A DNA stretch of 64,000 bases from Bacteroidota bacterium (GCA_022709385.1 JAKLIX010000020.1:12578-76577); one strand, 5' to 3'; counted from the stretch's first letter, positions 50,716 through 60,691 are shown. Numbers and translations are program-made. The notes: generated by a model not told the origin, from the sequence alone.

Positions 50716-51882
50716 AAGCGGGCGTTTCGGGATAAGGGAGGTGTCGATCTTGTCAATACGGATCTGCCGGTAATAAAACCTGAGAATATCTTCGTAGTGA
50801 TATCCGAGCCTTGTCATGCGGATCGCTCCTTCCTGGCTGAGGCCAACCCCGTGGCCGTATCCCTTCCCCTTCAGCAAGATTTCCTCTCCCTGGTCAACCA
50901 CATCGAAAAAAGTGGACCTGAGTTTAAAATCATTCCGTAGCTCCTTTAAGGGGATGTTGTTCACATAAGTTGGTCTTCGATGCAATTGCCTGAAATTCAA
51001 TGCCGAATCCAGCCTTGCACTGTCCTGCAAGGGAAAGTTGTAGCGCTCTTTTAAATGATGCAGCCATCTGTTCTTGCTGATGGTCTTTTCCCATCTGGCC
51101 CCGGGCATATCGAGGCTGAAACTGTCGGTCACCGCCTTCAGGTAAACCGAAGGCAGGCTCCACACATCTTCTGAATTGCAGGTCTCACCTCCGCTGTTGG
51201 AGTGAAAGGCGGCAGAGATCAACTGGGTGTCGGGACCAAGGATCACTTGTCCCCGCGTGGCTTCCACGGCATCCAGTATCTCCTGCTGAAGGTTCCGCCC
51301 TTTGTAAAGCTGGCAGTGAACCTGGTCGCACAACTGATAAGCCTCGGTTTCGTGTTTCCGGATATTGCGAAGGGCATAGGTACGGCTGATCAGGCTCTGA
51401 ATCTTGTAAAATTCCGGATCGTGACCATTGCCTGCTTCCGCCTGCACAACCCCGGACGTGTATGCTTCCAGACTAACACGGTTGATCAGCACCAGATGTT
51501 GACCGCTTACGAAACCGATCAGCTCGCCATCATAGGTTCTTTCCTTCTTGCCTGCCCTCAGGTGGAACTGACCCTTTGCTCCCTCCTTCCGCAGATACAC
51601 GGTGTCGTAACTGCCCAGGCTCCCTGCCGGTTTCTTAATCCGGATCTTCTTTTCATTGACCAGTAAAATCAGCGGTGTGTTTTCGGCAAGGGAACTGATC
51701 TTCTCTGTCCGGTGGCATATGTCATAATCTCCCGATAGGGGAGTGACGATGGCCTGGTGCAAGGGATATTCAGAAAATATCCTGATTTTCAGATATATTG
51801 AGTCAGGGTTTGATTGTGATGAAGCATTCCCGGCCAGGAACAGGAATGGTATCCAACAAAGCAGCGCGGTACATGATTTCAT
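50689..51882 (-). CDS. SpoIID/LytB domain protein
   Basis: SpoIID-like motifs are present (AFHSNSGGETCNSEDVW, GKGYGHGVGLSQEGA). The ATG at 51882 gives a signal peptide and abuts the lpxB stop. Confidence 0.85.
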   Translation of the reverse strand: MKSCTALLCWIPFLFLAGNASSQSNPDSIYLKIRIFSEYPLHQAIVTPLSGDYDICHRTEKISSLAENTPLILLVNEKKIRIKKPAGSLGSYDTVYLRKEGAKGQFHLRAGKKERTYDGELIGFVSGQHLVLINRVSLEAYTSGVVQAEAGNGHDPEFYKIQSLISRTYALRNIRKHETEAYQLCDQVHCQLYKGRNLQQEILDAVEATRGQVILGPDTQLISAAFHSNSGGETCNSEDVWSLPSVYLKAVTDSFSLDMPGARWEKTISKNRWLHHLKERYNFPLQDSARLDSALNFRQLHRRPTYVNNIPLKELRNDFKLRSTFFDVVDQGEEILLKGKGYGHGVGLSQEGAIRMTRLGYHYEDILRFYYRQIRIDKIDTSLIPKRPLSVPPQPGH

Positions 51883-51883
51883 T

Positions 51884-52990
51884 TCAGGCAGAACCTTTGA
51901 AAAATTCCAGAATTTTCGCGGCGGCTCTCTGCGATGCACCCGGTCCTCCGAGCAGCGTCCTCAACTGACTATATTGCCCGATGATTCCATCCCTGACTGC
52001 TCCCTCCCGCAGCAGCGGATCCAAAGCTTCTTTCAGGCGGGCAGGAGTAAGATCATCCTGAATCAACTCTTCCACGATCTTTTGCTGCATAATAAGATTC
52101 GGCAGACCGATGAAAGGCACTTTGACGATCCTTCGGGCAATGGCGAAGGAAAGCCGGCTTCCTTTGTAGCAGATCACCTGAGGAACCATAAACAGGGCAG
52201 TTTCAAGTGAGGCAGTTCCTGAAGTAACCAGGGCTGCCCTGGCATTCCGCAGGAGTTCATAAGTCCGCCCTGACTGCAGGCTGACACCGGATTGGCCTGT
52301 GAAGCGCGTATAAAAATCAGGAGAAATACCCGGTGCGCCGGCAATGACGAAGCTGATGCCGGGGTAGGAGGGAACGACTGACAGCATGATGGGCAGGATA
52401 CGCTCGATTTCCTGTTTCCTGCTTCCCGGGAGCAATGCTACCAGCGGTTCTGATTCCTGTGGTTTTGGCTGGTGTGCTTCTCCCGGGGGTAGGATCACAT
52501 CCAGCAGGGGATGGCCCGCATAGGCCACGGGATAATCATACTTTGCATAAAAATCCTGCTCAAATGGCAGAATCACGATCATCAGACCGACATATTTTTT
52601 AATCTTGTGAACCCGCGATTTTTTCCATGCCCAGACCTGGGGGGAGATATAATATACAACACGGAAGCCCGCCTGTGAAGCAAATTTGGCAATGCGCAGG
52701 TTGAAACCCGGATAATCGACCAGGATCACTACATCCGGTTTCCAGCTGCTGATGTCTTTGCGGCAGAAGCTAAGGTTACCGGCGATCGTCCTCAGGTTAC
52801 GCACTACCTCGGCAAAACCCATGAAAGCCAGGTCGCGGTAATGTTTGACGACCTCACCCCCGGCCTGCTGCATCAGGTCTCCTCCCCAGCAACGAAAGAC
52901 CGCTTCTCCGTCCTTCTCCTGAATGGCTTTCATCAGGTTGGAGGCGTGCAGATCGCCCGAAGCTTCGCCCGCTATGATATAGTACTTCAT
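51884..52990 (-). CDS. lpxB: Lipid-A-disaccharide synthase
   Basis: 368-aa ORF; MKYYIIAGEASGDLHASNLM is the canonical LpxB N-terminus. Confidence 0.93.
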   Translation of the reverse strand: MKYYIIAGEASGDLHASNLMKAIQEKDGEAVFRCWGGDLMQQAGGEVVKHYRDLAFMGFAEVVRNLRTIAGNLSFCRKDISSWKPDVVILVDYPGFNLRIAKFASQAGFRVVYYISPQVWAWKKSRVHKIKKYVGLMIVILPFEQDFYAKYDYPVAYAGHPLLDVILPPGEAHQPKPQESEPLVALLPGSRKQEIERILPIMLSVVPSYPGISFVIAGAPGISPDFYTRFTGQSGVSLQSGRTYELLRNARAALVTSGTASLETALFMVPQVICYKGSRLSFAIARRIVKVPFIGLPNLIMQQKIVEELIQDDLTPARLKEALDPLLREGAVRDGIIGQYSQLRTLLGGPGASQRAAAKILEFFKGSA

Positions 52991-53063
52991 GCTGGAAACA
53001 GATGTCCGTTCCTCCGCGGCTTAAAACCGGAATCCGTTACGGAGGCAATACCCGGCGAAGGTA

Positions 53064-53396
53064 CTACAATCCTTTTAATCCGGGAAGTTCAAACAGGGGT
53101 CTCTGGTGAATCAGCAGGAAGAACAGCAGAATGTATAATACACTGACAATCAATACCCCTTTGCCGGCATGCTCAAAGCGGAGGCGGGTGAAGAAATGCC
53201 TGAGCAGGAAAAAATTCGGTACGAAACTCAGCAGGATCAGGCTGTTGAGGGTGGTCAGCGCACCGATAAAAGGCAGGAGCGACAACAGCAAAAACAACAA
53301 GTATACACAGGGCAACACCAGGATGGGCAGCAAGGCTCCAAGCAGGATGCCGTATGGGGTTTGGTCTTTATGTGTGATGCGGATCATGATTCTCAA
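53064..53396 (-). CDS. Hypothetical small membrane protein
   Basis: 110-aa ORF with three hydrophobic segments. It overlaps the surE stop, and its start is uncertain. Confidence 0.5.
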   Translation of the reverse strand: MRIMIRITHKDQTPYGILLGALLPILVLPCVYLLFLLLSLLPFIGALTTLNSLILLSFVPNFFLLRHFFTRLRFEHAGKGVLIVSVLYILLFFLLIHQRPLFELPGLKGL

Positions 53397-54153
53397 AGAT
53401 TTTCAGGGATTCCAGGAGCTTGTATTCGGTAAGGTCGAGATGGAGGGGTACCACGGAAATGTAGTTGTTTTTCAAGGCCCACTCATCTGTGTCGTTGTGC
53501 GGATCGAGGCTTACAAACCTTCCGGCAAGCCAGTAATACGGCTTTTCATGCGGATCGGTCCGTTCTTCCAGTTCTTCTTCCCAGTACCCCTTCCCCATGC
53601 GGCAGACCCGGATGCCCTGGAGTTGTTCCGAAGGGACGGCCGGGATGTTGACATTCAGGCAGGTGTGAGGCGTCAACCGGCCTTCCAGCATGCCCCGGAT
53701 GATCTTTCTCAGGTAGGGCAGGGCCGGACCGAAATCAGCCGTATAAGCGTAATCCAGCAGCGAAAAACCCGCCGAGGGAATGCCGCTCATGGCTCCTTCC
53801 ATGGCGGCGGCCATAGTCCCCGAATAAAACAGGTTGATGCCCGCATTGGAACCATGGTTGATGCCGGATAAAATCAAATCGGGCTTGCGCTTCAGCACGA
53901 CTTTCTCTCCCACCTTCACCGCATCGGCCGGAGTGCCGTTACAGGAGTATTCCTGGTATGCATCTTCAGTGTGTATCTTTTTGATCCGTAAGGGACTCGA
54001 AGTGGTAACCGCATGCCCCATGCCCGACTGTGGTTTGTCGGGCGCCACCACCACCACCTCACCCATCTCACGGGCAAGTCCGATCAGGGCCCTAAGCCCC
54101 GGTGCATGGATGCCGTCGTCGTTGGTTACAAATATCAGCGCCTGGTCTTTCAT
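53368..54153 (-). CDS. surE: 5'/3'-nucleotidase SurE
   Basis: 261-aa ORF with the N-terminal motif IFVTNDDGIHAPG and SGINHGSNAG. Confidence 0.93.
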   Translation of the reverse strand: MKDQALIFVTNDDGIHAPGLRALIGLAREMGEVVVVAPDKPQSGMGHAVTTSSPLRIKKIHTEDAYQEYSCNGTPADAVKVGEKVVLKRKPDLILSGINHGSNAGINLFYSGTMAAAMEGAMSGIPSAGFSLLDYAYTADFGPALPYLRKIIRGMLEGRLTPHTCLNVNIPAVPSEQLQGIRVCRMGKGYWEEELEERTDPHEKPYYWLAGRFVSLDPHNDTDEWALKNNYISVVPLHLDLTEYKLLESLKIFENHDPHHT

Positions 54154-54779
54154 GTTAAAGGTTTCTGCTGCATGTCATTCGTATTTTGTTTCTTTCCGTC
54201 CTGTGAGATTTCATCCAGCGAGGTAACCCCGGCAGTGATCACATATTTCATGATGTCGGCTGAGATGTTTCCCTGCACGGGGATAACGTTTTTTACAGGT
54301 ACAAAAAACAGGTTCCCCGAGAAATTGTAGGAATGAGGCAGATACACTGCCACGTAGTCCTCTCCCAGTCCCAGTATCGAAAGATCGCGACTGGTGACGA
54401 AGCCCAGTTTCATCAGGCCGGTACCCTCGTATACCTTCACAAGGACGGGCTCGGTAAATTTCTTTTTCTTCCCCACCAGGGCTTCCAGAAAGTCCTTGAT
54501 GGCGGAATAAAGTATTTTGATCAGGGGCGCCCTGCTGATCAGGTCGTCGAAAAAGGCAAGCAAAGGCTTGGCAATGAAGGTGGAACCCACAAAGCCGATC
54601 AGCGTGATGCCCGCCACCAGGGTCAGCAGCCCCAGCCCCGGAATCCTGAAAGGGACGATGCCATCAATGAATTCCAGGGCCTTGAAAAGGACAAAAACCG
54701 TGATCCCGAGCGGGGCAGTCAGCAACAGTCCCTGAAGAAAGTACCTCAGGATCAGCCGGAAAAATTCTTTTGATGTCAT
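54150..54779 (-). CDS. DUF502 domain membrane protein
   Basis: 209-aa ORF with two N-terminal transmembrane helices and a DUF502-like core (GLGLLTLVAGITLIGF..., YLPHSYN). Confidence 0.7.
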   Translation of the reverse strand: MTSKEFFRLILRYFLQGLLLTAPLGITVFVLFKALEFIDGIVPFRIPGLGLLTLVAGITLIGFVGSTFIAKPLLAFFDDLISRAPLIKILYSAIKDFLEALVGKKKKFTEPVLVKVYEGTGLMKLGFVTSRDLSILGLGEDYVAVYLPHSYNFSGNLFFVPVKNVIPVQGNISADIMKYVITAGVTSLDEISQDGKKQNTNDMQQKPLT

Positions 54780-54911
54780 GTGGCGCAGTAATTGTTTTCT
54801 ACCCCAAAGGTAAGGGCAAAAACAAAGGAGAGGGTCAAAGGTTGCAGAATGAATATTAACTTCACTTCAATTTTTTACCTTCATTTTATTCACTTCTTTC
54901 AAATACTCAAC

Positions 54912-55206
54912 GTCTAAACCAATAAACACCTAAACTGTAAACTTGAATTAATTGAACCACACAGGACACATAGGGTAATTATCTATGTGATCTATGTTCC
55001 TATGTGTTGAAAATAAAGAGAATGAACACGGTCAGCATGACGGCTAAACTTCTAAACCAATAAACTCCTAAACCGTTCTCCAGCTGTAACACTGATCCCA
55101 GCACGAAACGATGCTTCGACTCAGCTCAGCATGACGGTTCATTAAACTTTAGACTCCAGACCTTATACTTTCCACTAAACTTCTAAACCACTAAACACCT
55201 AAACCG
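54912..55206. repeat. Three dispersed blocks of CTAAAC-word repeats with an 8-bp period, plus a 12-nt exact repeat, in a 458-bp spacer
   Basis: Blocks 55044-55075 and 55175-55206 match at 30 of 32 positions (ctaaacttctaaaccaMtaaacWcctaaaccg). Block 54912-54943 is related. TCAGCATGACGG occurs at both 55032 and 55126. Confidence 0.85.
54966..55007. other. 9-bp inverted repeat (ACACATAGG ... CCTATGTGT) with a CTATGT-rich 24-nt loop
   Basis: The arms lie at 54966-54974 and 54999-55007. CTATGT occurs three times in and around the loop. Confidence 0.5.
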
Positions 55207-55237
55207 GCTTCCAATAACGGCCAGAACTCATTAAACC

Positions 55238-55843
55238 TTAGACCTTAAACTCATTAAGCAGAAACGCCTCCAGCTCCGGATAAAGCTTCTGGGTCGGGAA
55301 TCCCATCACATTGTAAAATGATCCATGGATCTCCTCCACGGCGATATACCCGATCCATTCCTGTACTCCATACGCCCCGGCTTTGTCGAAGGGGCGGTAT
55401 CTTTCCACGTAATACCGGATTTGTTCCATGCTCAGTGGCCTGAAAATGACTTCCGTCCTGTCGAAAAAGCTGTGTTGCTGTTTCCTGCTCTTCAGGGTAA
55501 CGGCTGTAAAAACCTCATGTTTGGCGCCTGACAGACGTGCAAGGATATGGCAGGCATCCGTGGCATCGACGGGTTTTCCAAGCATCCTGCCATCCTGGTA
55601 CACAATGGTGTCGGCCGTAATAATAATGGTATCCTGCGGGATATCATGAACCGGGAAGGCATCGGCCTTAGCTTCACTCAGATAAACCGCAATAGCCGGT
55701 CCTTCCAGATGATCAGGCACCGTTTCTGCGATTTCCCTCACTTCAACCGTGAAACTGAATCCCATCCCTTCAAATAACTGTTGCCGCCTCGGCGAACGCG
55801 TGGCAAGGATATAGCGGAACTGATCGTAGGGATACCCGGGCAT
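55238..55843 (-). CDS. maf: Maf family nucleoside triphosphate pyrophosphatase
   Basis: 201-aa ORF with Maf-like motifs (LATRSPRRQQL, ITADTIV, DKAGAYGVQE). Confidence 0.9.
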   Translation of the reverse strand: MPGYPYDQFRYILATRSPRRQQLFEGMGFSFTVEVREIAETVPDHLEGPAIAVYLSEAKADAFPVHDIPQDTIIITADTIVYQDGRMLGKPVDATDACHILARLSGAKHEVFTAVTLKSRKQQHSFFDRTEVIFRPLSMEQIRYYVERYRPFDKAGAYGVQEWIGYIAVEEIHGSFYNVMGFPTQKLYPELEAFLLNEFKV

Positions 55844-55846
55844 GGT

Positions 55847-56803
55847 TCAGAGCTGTATAAAGATCATGGATAAAATACCTATAAACATCAGGAGTTTCAG
55901 CCCCTGTTCAACCGTGCGGACCGGTCCCCCCGGCCTGACGGTCTGGTAAAATAAGCCAAGCAGGGGCATAGTGATCAGGAACAGTATGTAATAAAACAAG
56001 GGCATGATCCTGAGTTTCGCCAGGTAAAAAAGGATGATTGCCAGGATGACCAGGCTCAGTAACTGAAACAGTCCCGCCAGCAGCATACCGCTGCGGTTGC
56101 CGTACAATACGGGATAGGTCCTGCACTGGTATATCCGGTCGCCATGCATGTCCTGGATGTCTTTCACAATCTCCCGGCTCATGGAGAGCAGGAATGAAAA
56201 CACGAGGTAAAGCAGCACCACACGGTTGAGTGCCGCAAAATCCGGCATGGCGGAGGCGAATATGACCCCGTCCTGCCGGAGTGCAAAGAACTCAAATAAC
56301 CAAACCAGGGGGATTACCAGGGCAGAAAGGAGCGACACCACCACATTGCCCAATATCATGATCCGCTTGTAGCGTGCAGCATAAAACCACAGGATGGCAA
56401 CCCCGATCACGTGCAGTCCCCCCAGACTGAGGGAACCGGCACGGTAGGAGGCATAGAAGCCAAGCAGCATGCCGGCCGCACTGAAAAAATGGTGGGTGTA
56501 AAGCGCAAACCGAAGCGAAAAGTACCTCCCCAGTACCACCCTGTCTCCCTTGTTGATACGGTCGATTCGGATATCGAAAAAATCGTTGATCAGGTAACCC
56601 CCCGCCGTGATGAATACCACACTGAGCACCAGCATGCAGAAATCCGCATGCGTGAAGGTGCTTCCGCCATCCGTACCCGCCAGGATCCTGTAGATAAGAG
56701 CATACCTTGCCAGGTACATGCTGACGGCCACCATCAGGATGTTTTTCCAGCGGATCAGCCGGAAAAAGGCACCCAGCAACTGCGGGAAGGTGGAAGGGGT
56801 CAT
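55847..56803 (-). CDS. UbiA family prenyltransferase (DGGGP-synthase-like)
   Basis: 318-aa polytopic ORF with two Asp-rich motifs (NDFFDIRIDRINKGDR and KDIQDMHGDRIY). Confidence 0.85.
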   Translation of the reverse strand: MTPSTFPQLLGAFFRLIRWKNILMVAVSMYLARYALIYRILAGTDGGSTFTHADFCMLVLSVVFITAGGYLINDFFDIRIDRINKGDRVVLGRYFSLRFALYTHHFFSAAGMLLGFYASYRAGSLSLGGLHVIGVAILWFYAARYKRIMILGNVVVSLLSALVIPLVWLFEFFALRQDGVIFASAMPDFAALNRVVLLYLVFSFLLSMSREIVKDIQDMHGDRIYQCRTYPVLYGNRSGMLLAGLFQLLSLVILAIILFYLAKLRIMPLFYYILFLITMPLLGLFYQTVRPGGPVRTVEQGLKLLMFIGILSMIFIQL

Positions 56804-57327
56804 TACCAGATAAATGCCTGACTGCTGTTAAACCATTTGCCCTGGATTTTCAGTACCTGCTCGATCACATCCCTGGCACAGCCGTCACCTCCCTGTAAAT
56901 GAGAAATATAGCGTGCAGCTTTCTTAATCTCTTCGGCCGCATCGGCCGGACAACAACCGACCCCTGCCCGTTCCATCAAAGGAAAATCAGGGATGTCATC
57001 CCCCATGAACAGGACTTGTTCCGGACTTATCTGGTTGTCGGACAGATATTGATTGAAAATGGACAGTTTATCACTCGCATGAAGGAATACATCGTTGATA
57101 CCCAGCGGCTTGAAACGCAAACGCACTGATTCGGATTTGCCCCCTGAAATGATGGCGATGTTGTAACCCAGTTCCCTGGCGAATTTCAGCGCATAGCCGT
57201 CTTTCACATTGGCTGTCCGGAGCAATTCACCGTCGGTGTTGATCAGGACCGTACCCCCGGTCAGAACGCCGTCGTAATCGAAAACAAAAGTCGTGATGTG
57301 GCGCAGAAGCTCTTTGTAGTTACTCAT
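56803..57327 (-). CDS. kdsC: KDO 8-phosphate phosphatase (HAD-IIIA, KdsC-like)
   Basis: 174-aa ORF with HAD motif I (FVFDYDGVLT) and YIGDDIPD-like MGDDIPD. Its size and context fit KdsC. Confidence 0.85.
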   Translation of the reverse strand: MSNYKELLRHITTFVFDYDGVLTGGTVLINTDGELLRTANVKDGYALKFARELGYNIAIISGGKSESVRLRFKPLGINDVFLHASDKLSIFNQYLSDNQISPEQVLFMGDDIPDFPLMERAGVGCCPADAAEEIKKAARYISHLQGGDGCARDVIEQVLKIQGKWFNSSQAFIW

Positions 57328-57333
57328 CTTATG

Positions 57334-58107
57334 TTATTGAAATGTCTTCATGATGTTGCTGGTCACCAGGTCATAGATATCTCTGGTATTTCCTTCTTTC
57401 TTAAGCATTTCCAGGTGTCTGCGGATAATCTCCGTATCCCTGCGCCTGGCCGGGCCCGTCTGGGCATGGTAAGGACTGATCCTGACTGCCTTTCCCGAAG
57501 TTTCCTCGATCAGGGGATGCAGGATGCTGAAACTGAATCCGTGCTTCTGCAGGATCTCCTCTGCGATCACGTACATATAATTGGCGAAATTACCCGCGAT
57601 CACGGCAGCCAGGTGGATGATCATCCGCCTCGGGCTGTCGATGATCCTCACATCCCCCGATAACTGCCTGCCCAGAGCGAACAGCAGCATCTCGTTCTGC
57701 TTGTTGTTAGCCTCCACGCAGATGGGAACCCTGCGGAAGTTCACGGTCTTCCTGCCCGAAAAGGTTTGTAAAGGATAAAAAACCCCAAAATTGGCTGAAA
57801 AAGCCGATAATACCTCCATTTCCGTCGATCCCGACGTATGGCATACCAGCTTGTCCATGAGTTGGAGGCTGTCGCTCAGCTCGCGTATGGCCTGGTCGGG
57901 GATGCACAGGAAATACACATCCGCATCCTTGCTCAGATCGGAGATGGAACTCACCGATCCGGCATTCACTTTCTTCGCCAGACTCTGGGCCTGCCTGGGT
58001 TTTTTACTGCAGATCTGAACAATCTGATGACCTTTGGAGAAAAAAACCTGGGCAAGCTGAGTGCCCACATTGCCGGCCCCGACAATCGTGATCTTCAAAG
58101 GCTTCAT
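57334..58107 (-). CDS. Rossmann-fold NAD(P)-binding protein with a DUF2520-like C-terminal domain
   Basis: 257-aa ORF with the N-terminal dinucleotide-binding motif ITIVGAGNVGTQLA. Confidence 0.7.
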   Translation of the reverse strand: MKPLKITIVGAGNVGTQLAQVFFSKGHQIVQICSKKPRQAQSLAKKVNAGSVSSISDLSKDADVYFLCIPDQAIRELSDSLQLMDKLVCHTSGSTEMEVLSAFSANFGVFYPLQTFSGRKTVNFRRVPICVEANNKQNEMLLFALGRQLSGDVRIIDSPRRMIIHLAAVIAGNFANYMYVIAEEILQKHGFSFSILHPLIEETSGKAVRISPYHAQTGPARRRDTEIIRRHLEMLKKEGNTRDIYDLVTSNIMKTFQ

Positions 58108-58118
58108 GCTTTCATCTT

Positions 58119-60584
58119 TTAGTCCGCTAAGGTAGCAATGCTTTCTTCAGACCCGGCAGTTTTTTTCTTTCTGCTCATCCGTTGCACCATGGCAAGGATA
58201 AACCCGGCGAATAAAATGACCGTGCCTGTCCACATGACGAGGATAAACGGGAATATGATCACTTTCATCACGATGTAATCCGGACTGCTTTCATATAGGT
58301 TGACTACGATCTTATGTCCATGGGTTGAAACCTCACTGAATCTCAGCACCCAGTTCCTGCTGTCCAGTATGGCATCTGTGTATGTAATATTCTGATTATC
58401 AATTCTATACTCCAAGTCAAGCGCTTGTTTTCCGCTGGAATCCCCTGCCTGGATACGGGCCCTGATAAACAAGTGTTCCATCGTGGGATCCGACATGTCG
58501 GCCGCAAGACTGTCCATATAAAACACCACATCCCTGTATTTCACCGTATCACCCTTGCCGATCTCGAAGCGGTGAAAGGCTGTATACCCGGGGATGGCAT
58601 TCGGCTCCATATTCGTTGCATACGTGATAAAACCGTAAACATCCTTGCTTAACAAGTGACGGGTGGCCGGCTCATGCACATTGCCCATGGTCTGGTTCCT
58701 GTTGATGGCGGGATGCAGGCTGAAGGCTTTACGGATGCTGCCGTCCCTGCCCGTCTTCAGAAAATCCACCGTATAGTGAAGCCATTTGCCCTTCTCGGTC
58801 CGCGACACATACACAGCCTGATAAGGTGGCATGTTTACGGTATCTCCCTTCATCATCACCTGGTTCTCGGTCATTTCTCCGCCTTTCATGCCGCCATGGC
58901 TTCCCTGGCTGGAAATCACCCTGGAATGGCTGAAGGTTACAAGCACGCCGAATAAAAACAAACTCAGACCGAAATGTGCTACCAGGGAACCGAGGCTTTT
59001 CTGTCGTTTCTTCCATGCCAGCATGCCTTCCACGGTGGTGTACATCATGAAGATGGTAAAGAAAAGGAAAAGATAGTGCAGGGGATTGTCGAAAGGGAAA
59101 AAGAAACCAAACAGGATGATGACCACCAGCGAAACGATCAGTGCTGGAAGTGTTTTTTTCAGAAATGCGGGGAAAGGCGATTCGCCGTATTTCATATAAA
59201 ATGTCAGTCCGACCAGCAAAGCGATCAGGATGGCATAAGGCAGTTGCCAGGCATTATAGAAGCTGACGGCGTCGGTGGGAGGGGCAAGGCTGGAACCGAA
59301 AATTTTATTGATTACCGGTATGGAAGTAGTCAGGATGATCTGGAAAGCGGACAGTGTCATCACCAGGGTGCCGATAAACATCCAGAATTCCCTGGAACTG
59401 AGGTTGTCTTTCGTTTTTTCGGGGGATGAAGGCCTGCGGAGGATCAGCAACAGTATGGGGAAAACCAGAAATACCAGGTTGTAGATGACCAGGAAGATGG
59501 CGCTTTCGGCATCGCCGAATGCATGGGCGGAGGCATCTTTCAGGACGCCGCTTCTGGTGAGGTAGCTGGCGTACAGGACAAAGAAGTAAGACAGGAACGC
59601 AAAAAGATAAGACCAAACCAGGTAATGCGGTTTTTTTCGGGCGATGAGCGTCACATGGAGGGTGGCTACTACGAACAGCCAGGGCACCAGCGAAGCATTT
59701 TCCACCGGATCCCATGCCCAGAATCCGCCAAAGGTCAGCGACACATAAGCCCAGGCTCCGCCCAGGATGATGCCCACGCCCAGGCAAAGGGCCGCGAAAT
59801 TAATCCATGGAAGTGCCAGACTCCGCCAGCCCTGGTGGTCACCCCTCCATAAACCTCCTGTGGCAAGGGCAAACGGGATCAGTACCGAAGCATACCCGAG
59901 AAATAACAGGGGAGGATGGATGGCCATCCAGATGTTTTCCAGCAGGGGATTCAATCCCTGACCGTCGGCAATCATCGAGGCATAGGCGGGCTGCAGGAAA
60001 AAAGGACTTGATGCATTCTCCGCGGCATTTCTGAGAAGCTGGAAAGGGTCACTGCCCAGGTGGAGCCCCCCAATATTCCAGCCCAGCAGCATCAGCATCA
60101 GGAAAACCTGAGAAAGTGCAATCACACCCATGACCGGCGATTCCCACTCCCTGACCCTGCGCAGCAGCACCCAGCCGAGCAATCCCTGGAAAATGGCCCA
60201 GATCAGGTAGCTCCCTTCCTGACCCGCCCAGAATGAAGAAACCAGGTAGGGCAGGGGAAGATCCACGGAGGTGTATTGCCAGACATAGCGGTATTCGAAG
60301 GCATGAGCGAAAATCAGCGTGTAAAGCGCCACCGAAGCAACGACCATGAAAACGAGATGCAGATAAAAAGCTCCCCTGGCGATCAGCAGGCTTCCCGGCC
60401 ATCCGACAGGGAAAGCTGCGCTTCTTTTTGCCGGCGGCCCTGGTTCTTCCTTACCTTTCCGGTGAAGAAAAGCATGCGTGAAATACATCACGGTCGAAAA
60501 AAGTGCTGCCAGAAAAGACAGGGTGATGGCAATGCGACCGGTGGTCCCTGCCAGAATGTGTTCTCCTATATAATTGATTTCCAT
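58119..60584 (-). CDS. Cytochrome c biogenesis protein (CcsA/CcmF family heme handling)
   Basis: 821-aa polytopic ORF with a tryptophan-rich WWD motif (WGGFWAWDPVENASLVPW). Confidence 0.85.
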   Translation of the reverse strand: MEINYIGEHILAGTTGRIAITLSFLAALFSTVMYFTHAFLHRKGKEEPGPPAKRSAAFPVGWPGSLLIARGAFYLHLVFMVVASVALYTLIFAHAFEYRYVWQYTSVDLPLPYLVSSFWAGQEGSYLIWAIFQGLLGWVLLRRVREWESPVMGVIALSQVFLMLMLLGWNIGGLHLGSDPFQLLRNAAENASSPFFLQPAYASMIADGQGLNPLLENIWMAIHPPLLFLGYASVLIPFALATGGLWRGDHQGWRSLALPWINFAALCLGVGIILGGAWAYVSLTFGGFWAWDPVENASLVPWLFVVATLHVTLIARKKPHYLVWSYLFAFLSYFFVLYASYLTRSGVLKDASAHAFGDAESAIFLVIYNLVFLVFPILLLILRRPSSPEKTKDNLSSREFWMFIGTLVMTLSAFQIILTTSIPVINKIFGSSLAPPTDAVSFYNAWQLPYAILIALLVGLTFYMKYGESPFPAFLKKTLPALIVSLVVIILFGFFFPFDNPLHYLFLFFTIFMMYTTVEGMLAWKKRQKSLGSLVAHFGLSLFLFGVLVTFSHSRVISSQGSHGGMKGGEMTENQVMMKGDTVNMPPYQAVYVSRTEKGKWLHYTVDFLKTGRDGSIRKAFSLHPAINRNQTMGNVHEPATRHLLSKDVYGFITYATNMEPNAIPGYTAFHRFEIGKGDTVKYRDVVFYMDSLAADMSDPTMEHLFIRARIQAGDSSGKQALDLEYRIDNQNITYTDAILDSRNWVLRFSEVSTHGHKIVVNLYESSPDYIVMKVIIFPFILVMWTGTVILFAGFILAMVQRMSRKKKTAGSEESIATLAD

Positions 60585-60691
60585 ACGTATGGGCTTGGTT
60601 TAGGGGACGGCAAAGGTACATATTTTTACAGCCGGCCCATGAGGTGAATTATTTTCATACCTTGCAGCCCTTTTCAATCAGGAATCCGGGC

